DNA from: Candidatus Spongiisociaceae bacterium
GTDB taxonomy: Bacteria; Actinomycetota; Acidimicrobiia; Spongiisociales; Spongiisociaceae
Direction: 5' to 3'
NCBI GenBank assembly: GCA_965219685.1
Contig: CBDCOH010000002.1
Location: 864,001-928,000, forward strand
DNA: 64,000 nt
The position numbers and the translations under genes were made by a program. Below are positions 39,596 through 48,411 of this stretch, piece after piece (the stretch's first letter is position 1; every line of letters begins with the position of its first letter). The notes beneath the pieces were generated by a model, which did not search any database, was not told where the DNA came from, and saw only the letters and a list, made by a program, of their open reading frames with translations.

Positions 39596-40522
39596 CTACC
39601 GGGTCCGGACCCGACCTGCGCGACGGCGGCGGTGAAGGGCGGGAAGAGCCTCGCGGGCTCGGGCCTGGATCATGACCGCCGCCAGGATCATGAAACCCCC
39701 GACGATCGTGGTTGCCGCCATCGTCTCCCCGAACGCCCACCACACCCATAGCGGCGCGAATACCACCTCGGTCATGGCGATGAGGACCAACTCGCTGGCG
39801 CGGACATGGCGCGAACCGGCCGTGTACAGGGCCAGTCCCCCCGCCAGGGCCACCCCGCCGAGATAGAGCGCGACGAGGGCGTCACCGGCGCTGATCGTCG
39901 CTCCCCCTACCAGCGGACCGGTGACGACCAGGGTCACGACTCCCGAGAGCAGCACTGCCGGAAGCATGTCCGAGTTTCTCCCACGGCGTTGGAACACGGA
40001 GAAGGCTGCGAACCCGAGCGCACCGCACAAGGCGAGGATTATCCCGGCTACGTTCCCGGACACGGTCCCGGTATACGTCATGACGCCGAGGCCGGCGGCG
40101 GCTATACCCATTGTCCACCAGTTGGTTCTCGTGATGGGTTCCCGCAGCACCATCCAGCCGAGCGCCCCTGCCATCACCGGGGCGGCGCCGAGGATCAGGG
40201 TCGCCTCGGCCACCGTGGTGAGGGAGAGCGCATACACGAAGCTGATCGACGAGAACGAGAGGGCGGTGGCGCTGACCAACCCGTTGTAGCCGATGCGGGT
40301 GAGGTTCCGTGCGAAAGCGCCCGGATTGCGGGCGGCGATGAGCACTCCGAGCACCACGACCTGGGCGATGGCCCGGTAGAACAGGATTCTCCAGGTGCCG
40401 GCCTCGTCCATGAGCCGGACACCCAGGCCGAGGGTGCTCCATAGAAGTCCGGCGGTGGCCACCATCGCCACCCCCCGGGGCCGGGCGCCGAGGTTCCGGA
40501 TTGTCGGAGCCGACAGAGGCAC
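39596..40522 (-). CDS. DMT/EamA family transporter
   Basis: About 10 TM helices, two EamA repeats (LREPI; EVVFAPLW...GE). Confidence 0.88.
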   Translation of the reverse strand: MPLSAPTIRNLGARPRGVAMVATAGLLWSTLGLGVRLMDEAGTWRILFYRAIAQVVVLGVLIAARNPGAFARNLTRIGYNGLVSATALSFSSISFVYALSLTTVAEATLILGAAPVMAGALGWMVLREPITRTNWWTMGIAAAGLGVMTYTGTVSGNVAGIILALCGALGFAAFSVFQRRGRNSDMLPAVLLSGVVTLVVTGPLVGGATISAGDALVALYLGGVALAGGLALYTAGSRHVRASELVLIAMTEVVFAPLWVWWAFGETMAATTIVGGFMILAAVMIQARAREALPALHRRRRAGRVRTR

Positions 40523-40536
40523 GGCTACCGGCCGGG

Positions 40537-41364
40537 CTACGCGCCGGGTCCGATGCGGGACCGGATCCAGGCCCCGATGTCCTCGACTATCTGCTCTCCG
40601 GCCGCTTCGTTGATCGAGGCATGGCGCAAGCGCGGGTACACCCTGCGCTCGACGCCGGGGAGTGCTCCGAGCCCTTCGCTCACCTGTGGAGGTACGAGGC
40701 TGTCGGCCCCGCCGTGGAGGACCAGGGTCGGTGCGTCGTACAGGTCCAGCGATCGTCCTACCCGTTCCATGCGGTCGAGAAGGATGTCCCCCAGGCGAAC
40801 GGTGGTCCGCCTGACGCACAGTGGGTCCCTGCGGTAGTGCTGCGCCACCTCTGGATCGATGAACAGTTCCACAGGGTTGATGGGATTGGCGAGGGTGAGA
40901 CGCGGTACCGATCCGGCGAGCAGGGGCGCCCCGATCCGTTTCCAGGCGGGAACGACCGCGTCCAGCGCGGGTGCGTTGAGCACGACCAGGTCCGGTTGCC
41001 GGTACCGGGAAAGCGTGTAGTCGACGACGATCAGGCCGCCGATGGAATGCCCGAGCAGTACGACCGGCAGGTTCCTTTCGAACAGAGGTACCAGATTGTC
41101 CAAGACCTGATGGAGGTAGGTCGACCAGTCCTGGATGTCGGCGCGGACCCCTCCGGACGCGCCGAACCCGACAAAGTCGAAGGCGTACGTGTCTATTCCC
41201 GCCGCGGCCAACCTCGAGCCGACCTGCTCATAGCGACCCGAGTGCTCGGCCAGGCCGTGGACTATGAGGAGCGTCGCCCATGGTTCGGAAGCTTGCCATC
41301 GACGGCGTAGCTCGGTTGTCCCGGCACGGGTCGTAACGATCTGCATGCTGCTGCTCGAGGTCAT
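40537..41364 (-). CDS. Alpha/beta hydrolase (lysophospholipase-like)
   Basis: VHGLAEHSGRY, GHSIGG, HGGAD, RH. Confidence 0.9.
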   Translation of the reverse strand: MTSSSSMQIVTTRAGTTELRRRWQASEPWATLLIVHGLAEHSGRYEQVGSRLAAAGIDTYAFDFVGFGASGGVRADIQDWSTYLHQVLDNLVPLFERNLPVVLLGHSIGGLIVVDYTLSRYRQPDLVVLNAPALDAVVPAWKRIGAPLLAGSVPRLTLANPINPVELFIDPEVAQHYRRDPLCVRRTTVRLGDILLDRMERVGRSLDLYDAPTLVLHGGADSLVPPQVSEGLGALPGVERRVYPRLRHASINEAAGEQIVEDIGAWIRSRIGPGA

Positions 41365-41561
41365 GGAAGGTTCTCCCGCCGGGTGCCGGATCGGTACTTC
41401 GTACGTGCCTTCCTCCAAGTGTACGTCCTCCAAGGCACCAAAGGCTGGAGAGGGATGCGTTCCGGGTGATCCGTTCGGCGGTGAGGCCGCGCCCGGACTA
41501 GCCATCGATCTGCCGGTACAAATGCGCCGCTGCCCGCAAACCCGTCAGCCGGCGAGGCCGG

Positions 41562-41987
41562 TTAGTGCACGCCTGCGCTGGTGAGCCGAACCACCCGGGG
41601 AGCTCCGGGCCCGCGGGTCGGGGTGCGCGCTGGCCCGTCCGCGCCGTCCAGCAACCCGTACTTCGCAACCAGGTGCAGGTAGTCGCGCTGGTAGAGGATC
41701 CTGATGCTTATCTCCGGATACAGCTCGCGGAGACGGCGAACCTTGCGGTTCTTCTTGGTGACCAGCTTCTGGTTCATCGTCGTTATCTCGATGTAGGTGT
41801 CCTCCGCCGGGAGGTAGAAGTCAGGGGTGAAAAGTTTGGTCGGTCGGCCTTCGTGGTCCCACTGGACAGGGAATGAGCGTGGCTCGTACTCCCATGCGAC
41901 GCCGTAGAAGTCAAGTAGCCGAGCGAGGTGAAGTTCGCTCTCGTGGGCGAAGCCCGCCAGGGCCGTCGAACGGGCGTGGGGGGTCAG
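41562..41987 (-). CDS. PD-(D/E)XK nuclease-like conserved protein, probable CTG start
   Basis: Frame is open well upstream of the ATG at 41777: FAHESE...WEYEP...FTPDFYLP...YIEITT...KKNRK. CTGA overlap with the MerR stop and GGAGG upstream. Confidence 0.75.
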   Translation of the reverse strand: MTPHARSTALAGFAHESELHLARLLDFYGVAWEYEPRSFPVQWDHEGRPTKLFTPDFYLPAEDTYIEITTMNQKLVTKKNRKVRRLRELYPEISIRILYQRDYLHLVAKYGLLDGADGPARTPTRGPGAPRVVRLTSAGVH

Positions 41988-42502
41988 GTTGCCGTGGCCT
42001 CCGCTTCGGTTTCTACTTCCGCCGGCCGAGCCCGGGTCGGGAACAGCTCCAGGATCTCACCTTCCAGGTCCCGCTGGACCTGTCCGACCGCGATGGCGAA
42101 CACGCCCTGGCCGCGGCGGAGTATGTCCATCAGGTACTGCTGCGTCTCGTCGGAGTTGTCGCTCGTCCAGATGTCTATGCCGTCGGATAGCAACGTCGAG
42201 TCCTTGAGGGGATCCTGCTCGTCTATCTCGGACCGCAGCCATTCGATCGCCTTGCGTATCTTGGCCAGGCTGATGCCCGTGTCGCGCAGCCGCTTGATCA
42301 CTCGCAACTGTACGAGATCGGTGTACGAGTAGAGCCGCTGGGTGCCAGAACCGCGGGCGGCCCGGAGGGATGGCATGAGAAGACCCGTCCGTGCCCAGTG
42401 ATCGAGTTGCCGGTAAGTGATCCCCACCAGCTTGCATACCTGGGGAGCCCGGTAGCCGTTGCGGTCCGCTTGATCCCCCTCACCGGTGATCGGTTTACCC
42501 AT
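41984..42502 (-). CDS. MerR family regulator (Rv1830-like)
   Basis: GITYRQLDHWARTGL...GSGTQRLYS...GQGVF. Confidence 0.9.
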   Translation of the reverse strand: MGKPITGEGDQADRNGYRAPQVCKLVGITYRQLDHWARTGLLMPSLRAARGSGTQRLYSYTDLVQLRVIKRLRDTGISLAKIRKAIEWLRSEIDEQDPLKDSTLLSDGIDIWTSDNSDETQQYLMDILRRGQGVFAIAVGQVQRDLEGEILELFPTRARPAEVETEAEATAT

Positions 42503-42663
42503 CAATCGTCCTCCTGGCTCGATGCACGGCGGGTTGCTCGCTTCAACCCGCCACTCCTGAAAACCGACCACGGTCGGGCGAGGGCTTACAGCGTCGTAAT
42601 TACACCCTGGTCAGAGCGAACGATAGACGATCAGGCCGCAACTATCAACGGTTTCTGTGGAAA

Positions 42664-42705
42664 ACTGGTGACTGGTGACTGGTGACTGGTGACTGGTGAC
42701 TGGTG
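42664..42705 (+). repeat. (ACTGGTG)6 heptamer array
   Basis: Counted directly. Confidence 0.97.
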
Positions 42706-42756
42706 GCCCGGCGCTGTAAGCGCGTCCTGGGTCTTGGGTGCTTACCCATGTGGGCC

Positions 42757-43104
42757 TCAATGGCCCAGGAGGATCCGGGTTACTCGCTGAACCTGTTGGC
42801 TTGCAGCAGGTCCCACGACACCTAGGCGGCGAACGAGGCGACCCCGATTGACCGATCGGATAAGTTCACACTGGGCGAAGCTGGTGTGTTTCAGGCCGGT
42901 GGCGGTGTTCGGATCGATTTCGACATGGAGTGACAGGCCGCGATCGGTGGTCGTCAGAGGAACGATGATCGCGAACGGAAACCCACTACCGAACGTGTGT
43001 GGTGGACCCACTACGAGCGCGGGCCGACACCACGCCGGTTCCCCGGGATACGGATCACCGAAGTCGACCAACCAGAGTTCATCAACCGATGCCATCGGCC
43101 ACAT
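42757..43104 (-). CDS. PemK/MazF family toxin
   Basis: WLVDFGDP-x-x-GEP...RPALVV...IVPLTT...QCELIRSV. Confidence 0.88.
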   Translation of the reverse strand: MWPMASVDELWLVDFGDPYPGEPAWCRPALVVGPPHTFGSGFPFAIIVPLTTTDRGLSLHVEIDPNTATGLKHTSFAQCELIRSVNRGRLVRRLGVVGPAASQQVQRVTRILLGH

Positions 43105-43318
43105 GGGTAGCTTCCGCCTCGTCCAGATAGGCGGTCCATGCTGCTTCGTCCTTCCGAAGTTCCTCGAGTTCTCGAACCACGCGCTTGGCGAAGCGCTGGC
43201 GACTCAGCGCCTCCGCGGCATCGCGAACCGTCTGCCCGACGGATGTCCCGGCTAGTTTGCTCATCCGCACCAAGCGCGCGTGAGTTTCCCTATCTACTCG
43301 AATCGTCGTGCTATCCAT
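43082..43318 (-). CDS. Cognate antitoxin (RHH-like)
   Basis: MDSTTIRVDRETHARL...; overlaps the toxin start. Confidence 0.8.
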   Translation of the reverse strand: MDSTTIRVDRETHARLVRMSKLAGTSVGQTVRDAAEALSRQRFAKRVVRELEELRKDEAAWTAYLDEAEATHVADGIG

Positions 43319-43508
43319 AGTGCGGCTCAAGTATATGTCTTGTAGACGTAGTTGTATAGGCCGGAACTCAGTTGTGGATGAAATGGCGTACACCGATCGA
43401 GGCGAGATCGCTCAGCGCCGAGGGATGTCTTGGCCTCGGCCGCCGGACCGCGTTCCCGTCGCATAGATTCTGGTCATGCGGATCAAGGCCAATGGACGAT
43501 GGGTAACC

Positions 43509-43536
43509 CTGGCGCCTGGCGCCCGGCGCCTGGCAA
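43509..43536 (+). repeat. Degenerate heptamer array (CTGGCGC)2 CCGGCGC CTGGCAA
   Basis: Seen directly. Confidence 0.7.
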
Positions 43537-43580
43537 CGTGGAAGGCGTTCACTGCGTCGTCCGCCGCCTCCGCCGCCCCT

Positions 43581-43693
43581 CGGCGTAACCCCAGACCCAA
43601 ACGGTGCTACGGAGGATGGTGTAATCCAATCTAATGGTAACTACCGATTGCCGGCTATAGACTACAGACTAACGACTAGCAACTAATCATCTA
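43581..43693 (+). repeat. Dispersed element copy B
   Basis: CGGCG..AGACCCAAAC.GT.CTA.GGAGGATGGT shared with copy A; the last 52 nt align without gaps to copy C. Confidence 0.8.
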
Positions 43694-43703
43694 AGCATAC
43701 CGG

Positions 43704-43931
43704 CTACTCGACTGTGACCACGTCCGTGAACGGGGAACAGCCGGCCTTGTTGCATGCCCGGGCCTTCCAGCTGGTGCGGTACAGGCCGAGGAGGCCTCGG
43801 TTGGGATCGATGTCGAAGGACTGGGCTTCCAGCGGAGCGTTGACATATACGAGCAACTCGAACGAGCTGTCGGGGTGGGAGCCCTTCCAGAGTTCATAGT
43901 AGGTTGCCTCTTCCACTGCATCCCAGGTCAC
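43704..43931 (-). pseudogene. Isolated fibronectin type III-like domain fragment
   Basis: TWDAVEEATYYEL...WKARACNKAGCS; no signal peptide or upstream domains. Confidence 0.55.
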
Positions 43932-43987
43932 GTTTCCGACACACCGACATCACTCAGGCCACTGGCTCGTGGCTGGTGAAGGGCCAA

Positions 43988-44473
43988 TCAGGTCTTGAAG
44001 TCTTCCGGAGTCAGGTCTTCGAGGAACTCCCTGAAGCGTTCGACCTCGGCTTCCTGCTCCTCGTCCTTTATCTCGATGCCGGCGTCGTCCAGTACCTGGG
44101 GAGTGGCGTAGAGGGGGGCGCCGGTCCGAGCCGCAAGGGCGATCGCGTCCGACGGCCGGGAACTGACATGGTGCTCCTCGTCGTTCTGGTTGAGGACCAG
44201 GTCCGCGTAGTAGACGCTGTCGCGTAGCTCGGTGACGGTCACCCGCGCTACCTGGGCTCCGAGCACCTCGGTAGTTATCCGTAGCAGGTCGTGGGTGAAG
44301 GGTCGCGGTGTGGTCACGCCTTCGAGTGCGTACGCGATGGCGGTCGCCTCCATCGCCCCGATCCATATCGCCAGATAACGCTTACCACGGGTCTCGCGAA
44401 GCAACACGATCGGTTGGTTGGTGGGGTACTCGATCCGCACCCCGATCAGATCCATCGGAACCGTGTCGCTCAT
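43988..44473 (-). CDS. Bifunctional nuclease (DUF151) family protein
   Basis: PIVLLRE, IWIG, PRPFTHDL, SRPSDAIALA. Confidence 0.93.
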   Translation of the reverse strand: MSDTVPMDLIGVRIEYPTNQPIVLLRETRGKRYLAIWIGAMEATAIAYALEGVTTPRPFTHDLLRITTEVLGAQVARVTVTELRDSVYYADLVLNQNDEEHHVSSRPSDAIALAARTGAPLYATPQVLDDAGIEIKDEEQEAEVERFREFLEDLTPEDFKT

Positions 44474-44493
44474 GGAGTGAGACTATCACCACC

Positions 44494-45048
44494 TCAAGGG
44501 TGCGCAAGCGACAGCAGGGCCGAAGGGTCGGCATCGAACCGTTCGAAGTCGAGGATTGCCCACAGGGATCGGAGGTTTCGCCATCGGCCCTTCCAGTCGA
44601 GTCCGTATCCCACCAGGAATTCGTCACCCACCTCGAAGCCCCGGTAGCCGATCTCGAGGTCGACGATCCGCCGCGACGTTCTGTCGAGGAGCGCCACAGT
44701 CTGCAGGCTTGCGCAGTTGCGGGCCTCGAGCGTCCGGCACAGGAGTTGGTGGGTGAGTCCGGTGTCGACGATGTCCTCCACGATGAGTACGTGGCGATCC
44801 TCCAGGTTGGTGGCGGTGTCCATCGCCAGGCGGACGCGGCCACCGTGACCGAACCGCGTCAGAGCCAGGAAGTCGGTCTCGCAGTCGATCGCGATCCCGC
44901 GCACCAGGTCGGCATGGAAGACCAGGGAGCCCGAGAGAACGCACACCAGGACGGGGCGGAGTCCCCGGTAGTCATGGCTGATGCGCTCGCCCAACTCGGT
45001 GACCCGTGTCTCGATGTCCCGCTCTGGCACCACCTCGGTGGCGATCAT
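44494..45048 (-). CDS. hpt: Hypoxanthine phosphoribosyltransferase
   Basis: LIVEDIVDTGLT, FLVGYGLD. Confidence 0.9.
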   Translation of the reverse strand: MIATEVVPERDIETRVTELGERISHDYRGLRPVLVCVLSGSLVFHADLVRGIAIDCETDFLALTRFGHGGRVRLAMDTATNLEDRHVLIVEDIVDTGLTHQLLCRTLEARNCASLQTVALLDRTSRRIVDLEIGYRGFEVGDEFLVGYGLDWKGRWRNLRSLWAILDFERFDADPSALLSLAHP

Positions 45049-46196
45049 CGGCCGGCCAGCCTGGCTGTGATCCAGTCCCAGTAGCGCACGCTCCAGGTGA
45101 GTACGTCCTCGACGCCTGGAAGCTCTGATCGCCGCTCGACCTCTATCACCTCGACGGAGGCGGGTTCCTCCTCCGGAACCGGATCCGGTGGTGGCTCGGC
45201 TGCCGGCACGAGGGCAGCACCGTTGCCCTCGACCGCCACCTCAGGCTCCGGAGCGATCAACAGCTCGAAACTGCCCTCGGTCGGCGGTCCGATCCCGCTG
45301 ATCAGGGGTCTAGGGGCGGTGGAGGCGACGGGTACGAGGGTCATGGCGCCGAATTCGGCGAATCCGTAGTCCAAGAGGGCAGTGGCGTCCGCGAAGTGGT
45401 CGTCGGAACCCAGTACCACCGCGTAGAGGCGCCTCCGGTCGCGCTCCGCCGCTGCAACCAGAGTGAGAAGCGCCTGGTTCGTGTAGCCCGTCTTGACACC
45501 GATGGCTCCGGGGTAGCTGCCCAGAAGTTCGTTGCGGTTGATCGCCACCCTCGGCTCGCCGTCCGGGTCGGCCGGGAGGTTGGCGCTGCGGGCCTCGACG
45601 AGCCTGGCGAAGTCCGGGTCGTCCATCGCGGCCAGCGTAACGGTGAGGAGGTCACGGGCCGAGCTGTAGTGGTCGGGGTGGTCGAGGCCGTGAGGGTTGA
45701 CGAAACTCGTGTTGCCTAGACCCAACTCCGCGGCCTTGGCGTTCATGAGTCCGGCGAACCCGGCGACCGTACCTCCAACGTGTTCGGCCAGCGCTACCGC
45801 GGCGTCGTTGGCACTCTGAAGGAGCAATGCCGCCAGCAGGTCCTCGACGGTCCACGGTAGCTCCCCGGGGACCAGGCCGATTTCGGATTCCCCCGCCAGG
45901 TCGGCTCGTGAGGTTATCTCCACCGTCGCATCCGGTTCGGCCTGCTCGATCACCACGAGGGCGGTCATGATCTTGGTCGTTGACGCCACCGCCCGCCGCA
46001 TGTCGGGACTGTTCGCGGCCAGGACATGGCCGAAGGTGTCGTCGTACAGTATCCACGCCTTCGCCGTCACCTCGGGCGGCGGAGGCGCCAGCAGTCCGTC
46101 TTCGGGAGGCAGGGTGGCCCAGCCGCGGGGAGTACCACCCATGGGGGCGACGAAGATGGCCAGCACCACCAGGAACAGTGCTACGAGACGTCGCAT
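45045..46196 (-). CDS. D-alanyl-D-alanine carboxypeptidase (S11)
   Basis: STTK, SAN, NPHGLD, KTG motifs. Confidence 0.93.
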   Translation of the reverse strand: MRRLVALFLVVLAIFVAPMGGTPRGWATLPPEDGLLAPPPPEVTAKAWILYDDTFGHVLAANSPDMRRAVASTTKIMTALVVIEQAEPDATVEITSRADLAGESEIGLVPGELPWTVEDLLAALLLQSANDAAVALAEHVGGTVAGFAGLMNAKAAELGLGNTSFVNPHGLDHPDHYSSARDLLTVTLAAMDDPDFARLVEARSANLPADPDGEPRVAINRNELLGSYPGAIGVKTGYTNQALLTLVAAAERDRRRLYAVVLGSDDHFADATALLDYGFAEFGAMTLVPVASTAPRPLISGIGPPTEGSFELLIAPEPEVAVEGNGAALVPAAEPPPDPVPEEEPASVEVIEVERRSELPGVEDVLTWSVRYWDWITARLAGR

Positions 46197-46255
46197 TAGG
46201 AGGGTGTCGAAGGCCCCCGTGCAAAGGGGTTCGCCCGGTAGTTCACACTTTCAGA

Positions 46256-46341
46256 CTAGATGATCAGTTCCTAGGCAGTAGTCTATAGAGGCTAGTTGAT
46301 AACCGGTGGTTAGCGTGAGATCAGGTCAGTTACCATCCTCC
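46256..46341 (-). repeat. Dispersed element copy C
   Basis: 68/87 positions identical to copy A by hand alignment. Confidence 0.85.
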
Positions 46342-46366
46342 CAAGTTGCAGATGTTTAGCACAGCG

Positions 46367-46415
46367 TCACCATTCACCATTCACCATTCACCATTCACCA
46401 TTCACCATTCACCAC
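46367..46415 (-). repeat. GTGGTGA(ATGGTGA)6 heptamer array
   Basis: (TCACCAT)6 TCACCAC on the + strand; immediately after the MerR stop on the - strand. Confidence 0.97.
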
Positions 46416-47111
46416 TCAGTCCTCGTCGAGGATTGTCCTCAGCTCCGCGAGGAACAGCAGGTCGTTGAGTCGACGCAGCGCTTCGACACCTCTCCTGGTG
46501 GTTTCCGCAGCATGTCTCCGGGCTTCGGGGCTGCGGTTCCGCCGCATGGCGACCGTGAGTCCCCCGATCAACTCGATGTGGCGGACGGCCGCGTTGCGGA
46601 TCATGCGCAGATGACGGGGTTCCAATCCTTGATCGATGAGCGCCCTGCACTGGCGTGCAATCGCCAGATCCCGATTCGTGAACCTGGGGATCCCGTGCTC
46701 TTCCCTGGGCCTGATCAGGTTGTGGCTCACCAACTGGCGGATCTGTTTCCTCGAGAGATCCGCCTGAGCAGCGATGTCCTGGAGTTCCAAGACGTGGTCG
46801 TCCGGCGCGGAGCCGGCTTCCGACCCCTCGGTTTCCGGTTCCTCGATGACAGGGGCTGGCCCCTGCGACCATTCGGCCAGTTGCGACTTGATCACCTTCA
46901 GCGGGAGGAAGTGGTCGCGCTGCCGCTGGAGTATGAACCGGAGCCGCTCTATGTCCTCCGGGCTGAATTGCCGGTAGCCCGCCGGTGACCTGGCCGGCCG
47001 GATCATCCCGCGCGACTCCAGAAACCGTACCTTGGACGTGGTGAGGTCGGGGAACTCCTCCCTGAGCAGGTCGGTGACCCTACCGATCGAGACGGAGGGG
47101 GCGTCGTTCAT
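46416..47111 (-). CDS. MerR family regulator (Rv1828-like)
   Basis: SIG...EFPDLTTSKVRFLE...RDHFLPLKVI...GLEPRHLR. Confidence 0.9.
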   Translation of the reverse strand: MNDAPSVSIGRVTDLLREEFPDLTTSKVRFLESRGMIRPARSPAGYRQFSPEDIERLRFILQRQRDHFLPLKVIKSQLAEWSQGPAPVIEEPETEGSEAGSAPDDHVLELQDIAAQADLSRKQIRQLVSHNLIRPREEHGIPRFTNRDLAIARQCRALIDQGLEPRHLRMIRNAAVRHIELIGGLTVAMRRNRSPEARRHAAETTRRGVEALRRLNDLLFLAELRTILDED

Positions 47112-47545
47112 CGACCCCGTGCCACGAGCAGATGGAAGGTCCCGATCATCAGGCGGTCGCCGGGTTTGAGCGAGGACTTCTCGACTAGTCGGTCGTTGAC
47201 GTAGCTGCCGTTGGTGGAACCCAGATCCTTGAGGGACAGGCCGCTGGAATCGAGTTCGATCCGGCAATGCCGCCTGGAGACCGTGATGTGATCCAGGGCC
47301 ACATCGCTGTACGGGTGCCGACCCACCCGGGTGATTCCGGGAGCCAGCAGCCAGGTCCGGCCGGCTTGCTGGCCCTTGTGGACCACGAGGGCGTACGCGG
47401 GGGTGCCCGACAGGTCCGGCCCCTCCTCGGCGATGGTCCGTTCCGGCTCACGATGCGTGGCCCCGGGATCGAGCACCATTGTGGCGTCTGTGTCACCGGC
47501 GTTCTGAACGACAGGCTCGTTAGATTGGGGATCGTTGGCTGGCAT
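47108..47545 (-). CDS. FHA domain protein (GarA/OdhI-like)
   Basis: GRHPYSD...VSRRH...DLGSTNGSYVN; synteny with pgsA2 and MerR. Confidence 0.85.
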   Translation of the reverse strand: MPANDPQSNEPVVQNAGDTDATMVLDPGATHREPERTIAEEGPDLSGTPAYALVVHKGQQAGRTWLLAPGITRVGRHPYSDVALDHITVSRRHCRIELDSSGLSLKDLGSTNGSYVNDRLVEKSSLKPGDRLMIGTFHLLVARGR

Positions 47546-47766
47546 GTGACGATTGTAGTTGTGTATGAAGTGAATCCGACGCCCTTTTGGCCGTCGGATG
47601 ACCACCTGTTCCTTGCGCATGAGTTGTTGTGTCGGAGAAGCCCCCACTCCTTTGTCGCGGACGGGACTACTTCGACTCCATAGGGGTCTCCTTTGCTTCT
47701 GGAACTACCCGACGGAGACCATGAATGCGCGCCGACGACGATGCCCTACGCTGACGAAGCGCACCC

Positions 47767-48411
47767 CTACCCGTCGGAGCGTCGGGCGCGGTGCTGCTGT
47801 ACCGAACGGCGCATGTCGCCCGCGTACTGCCAGGAGACGATCAGGTACAGGATCAGGCCCGTGACTCCCGTCGCTGCTCCCAGCAACTGCCAGAAGCCCG
47901 GGAAGAAGCCGGTATGGGCCAGGTAGTAGAACGGCACCGCACAGAAGACGAAGACGGTGGCGGCCTTGCCGAGTTGGCGTACGGCGACCTTGATCCGCAG
48001 AGTGACCAATAGGTACAGGGCCACGGCGCCTATTGCGGCCTCCCGGGCCAGGAGCGGCCAACCCAGCCACGGAGGAACTACCCCGGCGGCGAGTCCCCCG
48101 ATCACCGACGACGCCACTACCAGGCGGTCGGCGAGCGGATCCAGGAACTTGCCTATCTCCGAGACCTGGTCCAGTTTGCGGGCCAACCACCCGTCGAGGT
48201 AGTCCGTCCAGGCGATCACGCCGAGCATCACGGCGGCCAGGCCGGGATTGTCCCGCCCTAGCAGCACCCACAGGAACAGCGGGATGGCGGCGATGCGGAG
48301 AGCTGAGATCAGGTTGGGGACGGTCCAGAGCCCTCGGTCGGTATCCAGGCTGGAGGGGGACGCTGCCTCGTCGGTTCTCAGTTGCCGACTCCTTCCCCGG
48401 CGCGGTAGCAA
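47767..48411 (-). CDS. CDP-alcohol phosphatidyltransferase (PgsA2/cardiolipin synthase-like)
   Basis: WTVPNLIS, TDYLDGWLAR...GKFLDPLADR. The start may be CTG at 48381. Confidence 0.9.
   Translation of the reverse strand: MLPRRGRSRQLRTDEAASPSSLDTDRGLWTVPNLISALRIAAIPLFLWVLLGRDNPGLAAVMLGVIAWTDYLDGWLARKLDQVSEIGKFLDPLADRLVVASSVIGGLAAGVVPPWLGWPLLAREAAIGAVALYLLVTLRIKVAVRQLGKAATVFVFCAVPFYYLAHTGFFPGFWQLLGAATGVTGLILYLIVSWQYAGDMRRSVQQHRARRSDG

Noticed and set aside
47546-47766. gcvH gene or glycine riboswitch expected from mycobacterial synteny
   Set aside because: No matching ORF or aptamer consensus recognised.
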